Positions 40,543-52,700 of a DNA stretch of 64,000 nucleotides are shown piece after piece (positions within the stretch are counted from its first letter, which is position 1; the number at the start of each line of letters is the position of its first letter). The translations under genes were made by a program, and so were the position numbers. The notes under the pieces are model-generated. The model saw only the letters and a list, made by a program, of their open reading frames with translations, ran no database searches and was not told where the DNA came from. The DNA is from a virus: positions 64,001 through 128,000 of the IMG/VR virus record IMGVR_UViG_3300040856_003054; one strand, 5' to 3'.

Positions 40543-41160
40543 ATGTACCATCTCGATTCCAATGATGAATGGAAATCGATTCATGTAGAAGATTTGTGGG
40601 TATATAACAAACTGATCTTAAATACTCATCTAAGACATCTCTGTGGACCTACAGGGGTGTCTGTTCCATATTCAGGATATTATATCGTCCGACCAAGTAT
40701 TAATTTACTTGGGATGGGAAGATTTTCTCGTATAGAGTGGATTGATAAAGAAACAGAACACTTTCATCCAGCAGAGTTTTGGTGTGAAATTTTTAAAGGT
40801 GAACACATGAGTGTTGATTTTCACTATAAAAAGTCATCATTAGTTGTAATTGGAGAAAGAGAATTGGAAGATCCATTCTATAAGTGGAAAAAATGGCATA
40901 AGATAGATAGAGAAGTAGAGTTTCCTGGAATATTAAATGATTTAAAGGGAGATTATGAGTGGATAAACTGCGAATTCATTGATAATAATCTCATAGAAGT
41001 GCATTTTAGAAGAAATCCTGACTTTAGATACGGAAATTCCGTTGCCATTCCTGTTTGGATTGGAGAAAAAGTAGAAGAAAAAGAAAATTTAACATTTGTA
41101 GAAGAGAAAGATTACTTAAGAGAAGGTTTTTATATCAATAACGGGATAGTAACCCCGTAA
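40543..41160 (+). CDS. hypothetical protein, ATP-grasp-like
   Basis: YIVRP..N..GMG, WCE.F.G.H.SVD, INCEFI...LIEVH.R. Confidence 0.55.
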   Translation: MYHLDSNDEWKSIHVEDLWVYNKLILNTHLRHLCGPTGVSVPYSGYYIVRPSINLLGMGRFSRIEWIDKETEHFHPAEFWCEIFKGEHMSVDFHYKKSSLVVIGERELEDPFYKWKKWHKIDREVEFPGILNDLKGDYEWINCEFIDNNLIEVHFRRNPDFRYGNSVAIPVWIGEKVEEKENLTFVEEKDYLREGFYINNGIVTP

Positions 41161-41193
41161 AAAGTTCTGATCTAACAAATCAGGAGCAAAGAG

Positions 41194-41448
41194 ATGACCA
41201 AAAAAGTCGATAAAGACCAAAATTTCATGAAAAATGAGTGGGGAACTGAATTTTTATCATCAGAATATGGTTGGGAGGAGAAAATCCAGAAGCAAAAGAT
41301 GCTTCGAGAGATTGCAAATGATGATGCAACACCAAAAAAACACGATTTTATGGTTCAAAATGAGTTACATGCAAAAATTCGTAACGATGAGGACTATGAT
41401 GATTGGGAATATGGAACAGAACCTCTTTATGAATCAAAAAATCTCTAA
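41194..41448 (+). CDS. acidic hypothetical protein upstream of gp25
   Basis: AGGAG RBS; LREI.ND..TPKK..F. Confidence 0.7.
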   Translation: MTKKVDKDQNFMKNEWGTEFLSSEYGWEEKIQKQKMLREIANDDATPKKHDFMVQNELHAKIRNDEDYDDWEYGTEPLYESKNL

Positions 41449-41474
41449 TAAATAAGATAGATTTATAATTTTCC

Positions 41475-41876
41475 ATGCCTGTAGAACGGGTAAGTAAAGG
41501 TTTCAAAGACATTAGCGCATCATTTCAGGTCAATCCGTTGACCTATGATTTGATTGCGATTAAAAACGAAACTGCAATTGCCCGTTCAGTTCGTAATCTT
41601 GTCTTGACTGCACAAGGAGAAAGATTTTTTAATCCTATTCTTGGATCAAAGGTAAGTAGATTATTATTTGAAAGTGTTGATGAGATAACAGCATCTGCAA
41701 TTCAAGAAGAAATCACAACAACGATCAATAATTTTGAACCAAGAGTTAATTTACTATCAGTAGATGTCTCTCCAGATTATGATAATGGAGAATTTAATGT
41801 AACCGTCAGATATGAAATTGTTGGAATTGATGTATTACCTCAACAATTATCATTTGCATTACAACCAACACGCTAA
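41475..41876 (+). CDS. gp25: baseplate wedge subunit gp25
   Basis: FKDIS..F..NP...DL..IKNE.AI.RSVRNLV.T..GERFF.P.LGS, I.NFEPRV; late promoter at 41447. Confidence 0.93.
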   Translation: MPVERVSKGFKDISASFQVNPLTYDLIAIKNETAIARSVRNLVLTAQGERFFNPILGSKVSRLLFESVDEITASAIQEEITTTINNFEPRVNLLSVDVSPDYDNGEFNVTVRYEIVGIDVLPQQLSFALQPTR

Positions 41877-43777
41877 TGACATTAGTAAATTTCGCTAATT
41901 TAGATTTCGATCAAATCAAAACTTCGATTAAGGACTACCTTAGATCGAATTCAAATTTTACTGATTATGATTTTGAAGGGTCAAATCTATCAGTAATTAT
42001 TGATGCGCTTGCATACAATACTTACATTACCTCATATAACGCAAATATGGTTGCGAATGAGGTATTCATTGATAGTGCAACTTTAAGAGAGAATGTAGTA
42101 TCTCTTGCGAGAAATATTGGATATGTTCCAAGATCAAAAAGATCTGCAAGAGCAAAGATATCCTTCTTTGTTGATACAAGCAACTTTACTAATGTCCCTA
42201 CTCAATTGACACTTAAGGGTGGTCTAGTATGTACGACACGCTCTTTTGGAGATGAAAGTTACTCTTTTATTATACCATCAGATATAACAGTTCCAGTTAC
42301 AGATAATATTGCAGAGTTCAATGATATTGAAGTATATGAAGGAACAAGAATTACAGAGAATTTTACGATAAATTCCTTTGATTTAAATCAAAGGTATATT
42401 CTAAGCAATGCTGGTATTGATACTAGAACATTATCAGTTAGCGTTAGACCGAGTGAACTATCCACCGTTTCTAGAAAATATAATCTTGCAGATAGCTTAT
42501 TTGATGTAACTCCACAATCGGCAGTATTTTTCATTCAAGAAGTAGAAGATGAAAGATATGAATTAATTTTTGGTGATGGTGTATTTGGCGTTCGACTTGA
42601 AGAGCCAAATTATATCACCGTTAGTTATACTGTATCAAATGGAGATAATGCAAATAATCTTTCATCTTTTGTTTTTAGCGGTACAATCGTAGATCAGAGT
42701 GAAAGAGTAATCACCTCTGGAATCTCTCTTATAACCACCGTAGAAGCGTCTACATTGGGTTCTGAGATAGAAACGGTAGAATCTATCAAAAAGTATGCAA
42801 CTAGAATATATGCTTCTAGAAACAGAGCAGTAACAGCAGCAGATTATGAAGCATTGATTCCAACGATTTATCCCGAAACTGAATCAGTGTCGGTTTATGG
42901 TGGAGAAGAACTAACTCCTCCTCAATTTGGAAAAGTTTTTATTAGTATCAAACCATATAATGATAGATATCTTTCCAATTTAATCAAGGATAATATAAAA
43001 AGAGAACTTAGACAATATGCAGTTGCCGGTATTATTCCAGAGATTATAGATCTTAAGTACCTTTATGTTGAAGCAACAGCAAATGTTTATTACAATACCA
43101 ATCTTGCACCATCTGCAAACTTTGTAAAGAGTATCATATCATCAAATGTCAATACATATGCAGATTCTACCGAACTTAATAAGTTTGGTGCTAGATTTAA
43201 GTATAGTAAGTTTCTGAATATTATTGATGGAAGTCACGAATCAGTTACTTCAAATATCACAAACATAATTATCCGCAGGGATCTAAGAGCAGTTTTAAAT
43301 ACCTTTGCAGAGTATGAAATTTGCTTTGGTAACAGATTTCATATTAAAAACGTGAATGGATATAATATAAAATCATCTGGATTTAGAATCAGTGGAATAT
43401 CTGATACTGTTTATATGTCAGATGTACCAAACTCAAATATGCGAACGGGTTCGATTAATATTTTCAAGTTAAATTCTCCTACAGAACCACAAATTGTAAA
43501 ACGAAATGTGGGAGTTATTGACTATATTAAAGGTGAGATAAAACTTTATCCGATTAATATTATATCCACTGAAATAAACAGAGGAACACCAATTATTGAA
43601 ATATCAACATCACCGTATTCAAATGATGTTATTGGATTGCAGGATCTTTATTTGCAACTAGATATTAATAACACTTTGATTAATATGGTTTCAGATAGCA
43701 TAGAATCTGGAGCTGATGTTTCAGGAACAAATTATAATGTTTCATCAAGTTACTCAAACGGAATTTACATAAGATAA
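41876..43777 (+). CDS. gp6: baseplate wedge subunit gp6
   Basis: LDFDQIK..I..YL...S.FTDYDFEGS.LS..ID.LAYNTY, FGDGVFG, RAVT..DY. Confidence 0.95.
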   Translation: MTLVNFANLDFDQIKTSIKDYLRSNSNFTDYDFEGSNLSVIIDALAYNTYITSYNANMVANEVFIDSATLRENVVSLARNIGYVPRSKRSARAKISFFVDTSNFTNVPTQLTLKGGLVCTTRSFGDESYSFIIPSDITVPVTDNIAEFNDIEVYEGTRITENFTINSFDLNQRYILSNAGIDTRTLSVSVRPSELSTVSRKYNLADSLFDVTPQSAVFFIQEVEDERYELIFGDGVFGVRLEEPNYITVSYTVSNGDNANNLSSFVFSGTIVDQSERVITSGISLITTVEASTLGSEIETVESIKKYATRIYASRNRAVTAADYEALIPTIYPETESVSVYGGEELTPPQFGKVFISIKPYNDRYLSNLIKDNIKRELRQYAVAGIIPEIIDLKYLYVEATANVYYNTNLAPSANFVKSIISSNVNTYADSTELNKFGARFKYSKFLNIIDGSHESVTSNITNIIIRRDLRAVLNTFAEYEICFGNRFHIKNVNGYNIKSSGFRISGISDTVYMSDVPNSNMRTGSINIFKLNSPTEPQIVKRNVGVIDYIKGEIKLYPINIISTEINRGTPIIEISTSPYSNDVIGLQDLYLQLDINNTLINMVSDSIESGADVSGTNYNVSSSYSNGIYIR

Positions 43778-43783
43778 GAGAAT

Positions 43784-46700
43784 ATGTCAGAAACAAGAGT
43801 AAAAATTCAATCCATTATTGAGAATCAAATTCCGGATTTTATTGCCGAAGAATCTCCTCTTTTAATTGAGTTTTTAAAGCAATATTATATTTCTCAGGAA
43901 TATCCTGGAGGTTCTTCTGATTTAATACAAAATATTGATAAGTATACTAAACTTAACGAAATTTCAAAATCTGAAGAATCAACCATTTTACTTTCGGATA
44001 TATCTTTTTCTGATACTACTATTACAGTAAGAGATCCTATTTTTACAAAAGGATTTCCTGATAGATACGGTATTATTCAAGTTGATAATGAAATTATCAC
44101 TTATACTAGTAAAACTCTTACAACTTTTGAGGGTTGTATTCGTGGATTTAGTGGAGTAACTTCATATACAAAACCAAACAGACCAGAAGAACTTGTATTT
44201 ACTTCCTCTGTAGCAGAAGACCACTTAGCAGGCGCAATTGTTTATAATTTAAGTTCTCTATTCTTGCAGCAGTTTTTGCGAAAAATAAAATATCAGTTTA
44301 TTCCTGGGTTTTCCGATAGATCTTTTGATTCAAATTTGAATGAAAATTTATTCATCAAACAATCTAAAGATTTTTATGATTCGAAAGGAACAGATAAATC
44401 TTTTAAAATTTTATTTGCTGCATTGTATGGAGAAAATGTAGAGGTAATTAAACCAAGAGATTACTTGTTTAAACCTTCGGATGCAGGGTATCGAAGAACA
44501 AAAGATCTTGTAGTCGAGTCATTGTTAGGAAATCCATTAGATCTTTTGAATAAAACTCTTTATCAGGATGAATATTCTGATTATGGAATTGAAGAATCTT
44601 ACGCATCTATTACAGATGTAGAGAAAATTTTCTTAGGTGGAAAAGAGTACTTTAAATTAAGTTTTGACTCGGATTTTGATAAAGATATTATTCTTGATGG
44701 TTCACTTTATGGTAATTTTTCGCTTCATCCAAAAACAATTAATATTTCTTCGGTATCTGCAGGATCAACTATATTAGATGTTGATTCCACCATTGGGTTT
44801 CCCACATCAGGAACAATTATAACAAAATATTCCAATGGTTCTGAGGCATCTTTAACTTATAATGGCAAATCAGTAACTCAATTTTATAATGTAATCAACA
44901 TAAGTTCGGAAATTTCTTCTGGAGAAGAAATTAGATTAGATGTGTATGCATATGGTTATTCTGGTATAACAACTGAAAATAAAATAACAGTAAGGGTGGG
45001 ATCAGTTTTAGAAGAAGTTGAAATATTAGAAAATACTTATCTATTTGAAAAAAATGATACTGCTAGAATTAAAACTTTAGGAATTTCTTTGGATAATGCA
45101 AAAACATCCAATTGGATTGAAAATATTGCAAATAATTACAAAGTAGCATCATTTTTATTGCAAGATATATCTAATTATACTTACGATTTAACTCTTTATG
45201 ACAATCACAATTTTAGAATTGGTGATAAATTAAATATTATTAGTAGTAACTCCGAATCTAATGATAGTATTGTAATAGATGTTCTTGATGAGAAAAGAAT
45301 TTCTATTAGAGGTCAAGGTCAATTAAATTCCAATTTATCTTATATTGTTAGTAGATATATTTTAAAACCAAATTCTTCATTATATTCATATTTAGATAAT
45401 GGCACTGCAAATATACAAAACGTATACACAAATTATTTTGATGAAGTTTTAGTCGCTTCTTCTTCTATACCTTTTTATTATGATCAACTTTTAAATCCTT
45501 TTGATAAGAAAGTTACATTTTCTGGAAATTTCAGTGGTATTGTATTACAAATAACATCCAGCGGAAGAGATCATGGTTTTTATACAGGAGATAAAGTTTA
45601 TTATTCTCCTGGAAAAATTGTTACTAGTACAACAGGTGTTGATGGAGAAATCGTCAATGTAACTACAGAAAGTAAATTTCCAGAACTTGTTGAGGGATTA
45701 TATTACGTTAAGAGAGTTAACTCTACTAGCATTAGTTTATCAAAAAGTCCATCAAGTTTAGCAAATAATGAATTTATTTCTGTCTCTGGTACAGTTACTT
45801 CTAATACAATATCGTATTATGATTTTGCAAATAAGAGTTTACAACCTCAGAACATTCTGAGAGAAGTAACTAATCCAGTAAATAAGAGTGGTAATTATGA
45901 AACAAATCCCGGAAAAATTGGTATTCTTGTTAATGGAGTAGAAATCCTAAATTACAAATCTGCAGAAACCATTTTCTATGGTCAGATTGATAATTTAGAG
46001 GTATCTTCAAGGGGAAGTGGATATGATGTGTTAAATCCTCCTAGTTTGGACATATCGGATCCTCAAGGTATTGGAGCAACAGGTATTTGTGCAGTAAATG
46101 GATCTCTGCAAAGAATTGAAATAATTGATCCTGGTTTTGACTATGTGAATAAACCATTTGTCACGATTACTGGAGGAAATGGTAAAAATGCTTTAGCAGA
46201 AATTAATATGGTTTCTGTTGAACATAATTCATTCTTTAATGCAGAATCATCTTCAGCTAATGTAAATCTATTTACTGATACGATTGGATTTGCTACTTAT
46301 CATAAGTTTAGAGATTATGAAAGAGTCATCTACCTGCCAGATGGTCAAAAAGGTATTGCAGGTCTAACTACTGAAGCATCTTACTACGTTTCAGTAATCG
46401 ATGGATTCAATGTAAAACTTCATGAAAAAGAAAGTGAAGCAATATCTGGAATCAACACAGTCAATCTCAATGATTATGGAACAGGTATCCATAGATTTAA
46501 AGCAGCAGTTAGAAAAGAGGTCATTTCTGACATCATTGTAACTAATTCTGGTGAAGGATATCAAAATAAAGAAAGAAGTATATCAGTTTCAGGAATTAGT
46601 ACTGCATTAAGCACAATTAATATTGAATCTCATGGTTATTTGACAGGTGAGGAAATAGTATACTCAACTAATGGTGCTGTAATTAGTGGACTAAACACTG

Positions 46701-49700
46701 CTTCTCAGTATATTGTCAAAAAAATTGATGAAAATTCCTTTAAATTAGCATCTGTTGGATTGGGAACAACATCAAAAACATATTATCTTGAGACAGAACA
46801 GTTTATAAAATTTGGTTCAACTGGTTCTGGTACGCATACATTCAACTATACACCTATAGATGTAAACATAACTGGAAATATTGGCGTATCTACTCTTTTC
46901 GGTCAAGATTTTTCCGCAAAAATTCAACCAATCTTTAGAGGAAGCATTGATTCTGTTTATTTGACTACAAAAGGATCAAATTATGGTTCTGAAGAGGTTA
47001 TTAACTACAATAGACAACCTATTTTTGACCTAATAAGTGGAACTGGTGCAGAATTAATCACTATAGTTAATAATCAAGGAAAAATTGCCGAAGTTTTGGT
47101 ATCAAGACCTGGTTCTGGTTATAACAGTCCTCCAAATTTATTAATCAATGGAAAAGGTAATTATGCAAAACTAACACCTATTATTGAAAATGGACAATTA
47201 GTTGAAGTTAAAGTAATAAACGGTGGAATTGGGTATGATGGCGGAACTACTATAGATGCTATTCCTGCTGGACAAAATTGTAGATTATTTGCAAATATTC
47301 AAAAGTGGACTGTCAATTTATTCCAAAAATATTTTAATATACTTGGAGATGATGATGGAGTTGTTACATTATCTGATAGAGATTCTTACGGTTTACAATA
47401 TTGCCATTTATATTCTCCGAGAAAGTTGAGACAGTCATTATATGCAAAATCTCAAGATGGTAGTAATGTTAGTAATGTAATTGATGATTTAACTTTATAT
47501 GGTATAACAGACCTGCGAGAAGTAAATAATGAAGAAATATCCTCTACATATCATTCTCCAATAATTGGTTGGTCATATGATGGCAATCCAATTTATGGCC
47601 CTTATGGATATTCAACTCCAACGGGTGGAACTGCAAAGTCAATGGTTTCTGGTTATGAATTAGTTTCAAAACCGAATAGACCTTCTCTAACTTATTTTGC
47701 ACAAGGTTTCTTCAATGAAGATTATGAATTCAAAGGAAATGGTGATTTGGATGAGCATAATGGTAGATTTTGCATAACTCCAGATTTTCCAAATGGAGTT
47801 TATGCATATTTTTCAACTATCAGTTCTGGTTCTGTAGACACAGATGGTCCTTTTAGAGGATATAAAAGACCAACTTATCCATATTTAATTGGAACAAGTT
47901 TCTATTCACAACCAAATAGTTTTAACTTCAGTAAAGAATCCAATCAAGATGAATATAAGTTTGATAGTTTTAAGTGGTTCAGAAGTACTCTCAACTATGC
48001 TCTGAAGAGTTCAAATAGTTCTTACAACTATATCTTCAATCCAGATAAAGTTAAAAATCAAACAGTAAATGTAAATTATGCATCAAGAGGAAAAGTAGAA
48101 ACTATCGGAATTTTAACTGGTGGCACAAACTACAATGTTGGTGATAGATTAATATTTGATAATTCAGGAACTGGTGGATTAAATGCTGCAGCGAAGGTAG
48201 AAAAAGTTTTTAGTAAAGATGTAACCAATGTAAGTGCATCAACAACTTCTTTCTCCTCAGTAGAATTTTCTACTTTAGATGGTTCTGGTCAAATTATAGG
48301 ATTTACCACTGCTCCACATGGACTCAAGAATCTTGAGTTAGTCAATGTATCTGGATTAAACACCTACTTCTCAAAAATAGAAGGGACTTATAATATTGGA
48401 GTTCGGACAGATAACTTCATCACTACTCTAGGCATATCAACAATTGGTGTAACTGGACTTACTACCTACTTCTATTTGTCAGGAATTCTAGATTTTCCTT
48501 ATATTAGAGAAAATGACATTCTTGGAATTGGAACTCAAGAAAAAGTAAAAGTTCTTAACGTAGATTCTACTTCTGGAAGAATTAGAGTACTAAGAGGGTA
48601 TGATTCAACAGTAAGTTCTGCATACACGGCAACCACACCACTTTATGAAGATCCTAGAAAGTTCAGAATTAATACTGGATTCAAAACGGATTATGCATAT
48701 TCAGTAAATAGAGAAATTTATTTTAATCCTCAAGAATCTGTAGGTATCGGAACTAGTGCATCTGTAGGCGTTGGAACTATTGTTGTATTTTCACTTCCAG
48801 GTGTTGGTGTTACTCAGGTATTTGTTCCTTATCAATCAATTTATCTACCAAATCATCAGTTAAGAACTGGTGAAAAGGTAAATTACTCAACAAATGGAGG
48901 ATCTGAAATTCTTGTATTTGATGGCATTTCTTCTTTCTCTTTGCCACAGACACAAGATCTTTATGTTGCAAATATTTCAAATAATTTCATAGGTGTTTCG
49001 ACCGTTAAGATTGGTCTTGGAAGCACAGGTTTCGTCGGAGTTGGAACAACAAACTCGGTTGGACTTCTATTCTTTGATAATTTTGGTACTGGAGATTATC
49101 ATAGTTTCACTACAAGAAGAGAATCCATTATCGGTGAAATATCTAAAAATATTGTTACAGTTGCAACAGCATCAACACATGGTCTCTCAGTTGGAGATAC
49201 TGTTGATATGGTTTCTGTACCAAAAGATACCGAAACTATTGTAGTGAAGTATAATGATAATAGTAGAAGAGTAGTATTTAAACCCCAATCATTCTTAGCA
49301 ATTAATGTTGATACAAGCGAAGATACAATTTACATAGAAAATCACGGTTTCAAAAATGGTGATAAAGTTGTTTATACTTCAGCATCTCCTTCAGGTGGAT
49401 TATCCAACGAAGGAATATACTACATTCTATACTATACAAAAGATAAGGTACGCCTATGTTCTACGAAATATGATCTAAACTTGAATGTTCCAAATTATGT
49501 GAACATAACCAGTGCTTCGGATGGTACTTTATCTCTAATTAATCCTCAACTCAACATATACAGAAATAAGGTAGTTGTATTTGATCTTTCTGATTCTTCT
49601 CTCTCTTATTTGAGTGGGCCCACTTTATACTCTGCTTTTGATCTCAATTTCTACAAAGATGCTGATTATAAGTATGAATTTGAAGGGACTGGAATATCTA

Positions 49701-52700
49701 GAAATTTTGAAGTAATTAGAAGTGGTAGAGTTGGTATTGATACAACTGCTAGAGTTTCAATATTACTGAATGATAGTGTTCCTGATAATTTCTTTTATAG
49801 TTTAGAAAATATAAATGAAGATTTTATCGGAGACATTAAGAAAGAGATAATTGTAGATACTGAAGTTTATAATCATAATCAAATTAATATAATATCCAGC
49901 AAATATACTGGATCTCATAGAATTACTGGTATTGGAACAACAAATGCATTTACCTTTGACTTGACCGATTATCCAGAAACAGATTCATATGATCAGATAA
50001 CATCAAATCTTTATTATGAAACAAACTCTTCTACTGCTTATGGTGCAATATCTAGAGTTAATATTATTAATGGTGGTTACAATTATCAATTTACTCCAGG
50101 AATCAGTACAGTAATTAGCAATCATGGATCGGGTGCTATTTTTGAAGTGCAAAGTAACTCAATAGGAAGTATCATTAAGGATGAAATAGAAGATATTGGA
50201 TTTGATTATCCAACTGACTTAACATTAAGTCCTTCCTTAAACCTCCCCGAAATACTTCAGATTGAACCACTGGCATCTTTTGTTGATATTACCATTCTCT
50301 CTGCAGGTAAAAACTACTTAACTCCACCTGGACTTGTTGTAATTGATGGTTTCACTAAAAAAGTTGTTTCTGATGTCGATTTAAGATATGAAATTGGCGC
50401 AACTAAAGTTATAATTGTTAAGAATACTTATGGAATGTATAATACAACTCCTACAATTATTCCTATCAATAATTCTAATGGTGTTGGTATTAATACAATA
50501 TCATATAACTCAACTACCAAAGACGTAACTGTTGGATTTAATACTGGATTCAGTGATGTATTTCCATTCTCAGTTGGTGATGAAGTATTAATTGAAAATA
50601 CAAGTGTTGGCGTTGGTTCTACAGCAAAAGGATATAATTCATCTGCTTATGATTACAAATTATTCACTGTTACTTCGGTAAATTCTGCTCTTGGGGGAAA
50701 TACTGGATCTATAACTTATAACTTATCAGATTATCTATTTGCAGGTGAATTTCCCGGTATTCCTGATTTGAGTGTTTCTACTGGTAGAGTAGTTAATAGT
50801 AATGATTTTCCAATTTTTGACATAAAACTCAAGAAAAATGATTTCTTTGTTGGAGAATCTGCCATTTCTCAATCAGGAATTGGTATCGTAGAGAGTTGGA
50901 ACAACAAAATTGAGTATCTTAAAGTTTCAACTGATAGTGATTTGTTAGTTGGAGAAACTTTGACTGGTCAATCATCAAACACTAGAGGTGTTATAAAGAA
51001 AAAAATTGACTTTAACTCATTTATTAAACTATCAGCAATTTCAAAAGTTAATAAGGGATGGATTTATGATACTGGATTCCTCAACAATAATGTACAGAGA
51101 ATAGCGGATAATAACTACTACCAATACTTCTCATATTCTCTCAAATCAAGAGTTCCTCTTGAAACTTGGAACGATTCTGTTCAATCGTTGAATCATACAT
51201 CAGGATTCTTGAAATTCTCTGACTTAATGATTGAAAACCAAGATGTGGATATAACATCCGCTAAGGTATTTACAGAAGATAGTATTGCTGATTTAACTGT
51301 AGATATTGTCGGAAAGGGAAATCTAAATTGCGTTTACACTTTTGATCTTGCAACTGAAAAAACAACAAGAATCGGAAATGGATTGGTTTCTAATGAAATT
51401 ATCTTACAAAATAGAGTTTTAACCGATTATTTTGAGTCAATAGGTAACCGAGTTCTAATTATTGATGATATTAGTGATCAGTTTAATAGTAATCCAAGAT
51501 CAACTAGATTCAGTACAGTCGATGAATTTGAATTGGCATCCGCAAGAACTAAAAAATACTTTACTTATGTAAGAGATAAGAGATTTACTGCAGAAAGACA
51601 AATCCTAATTGTTTCTCTTCTACATGATGGTACTTATGGTTATTTAAATCAGTATGGAAGAGTCGAAACTTATATAGATTTGGGATCTTTTGACTTTAAT
51701 ATAAGTGGAACACTCGGCCAACTTAATTTCTATCCAATTAAATATTCAGTTAATGATTATGATATTTCTTTAGTTTCTCATGATCTTAAAAGTAATATTT
51801 CTGGTATAGGTCAAAGTTCTCTTGGCAATATTGTTGATTTAAAATCAAGTCAATCTACTATTCCATCCGGATCTTCTTCTGCAACCAATATTGTTTCAAT
51901 AGCAAATACATATAGATCTGCAAAAGTTTTGGTTGAAATTGGATTTGTTGATGGTTCTTATTATGAATTTGATGAAATAAATTTACTTCAAGATGGAACT
52001 AATGTTGATATTGTTGATTATGGGCAGATAACAGATAATACTATCACAAATCCATATGGTATTCCAGGTCTAGGAACTTATATTCCGTATATTGACGGAT
52101 CTAATATAAAAATTGACTTTAAACCAAATTCAGTTCTTGGAGTTGGTGTAACAATTAATACATTAACTATTTCGATTGCAAGTTCTATTTCTTCACCAAT
52201 AGGCATAGGGACAGAAGAACTTATTACTGGATATATTAGTTCAGGAATTTCTTCTATTACTGCTTCAGTATCTCCTGTTGAAAATATAATTACAGAGTAT
52301 CCAAATAACCATGCGTGTGCTTATTACATAGTAAGTGTTGAAGATACTACAAACCAAAAATATCAAATGTCAGAGGTTATTGTAATTGATGATGGTAATG
52401 ACACATCAATTACGGAGTATGGAATAATACAAACGCATTCATCACTTGGAGCAGTTGGTGCAGCTGTTAGTACAAATGGAACACAATTGACATTCACACC
52501 AGAACCAAATATTGATGTTCAAGTGAGGGTTTTTCAAAATGCACTAAGTTTAGAAAAGATTAATGTTGATCAGAATTCTATAGATTTTACTAATGCAGAA
52601 ATTACTAGTAATTTTGGAATTTATGAAGGAACTGATAGATCTGTGAAGAGAAGTTTTGATCTTACTCACAATCAAAGTCCAATTTTCTTAAGATATTTTG

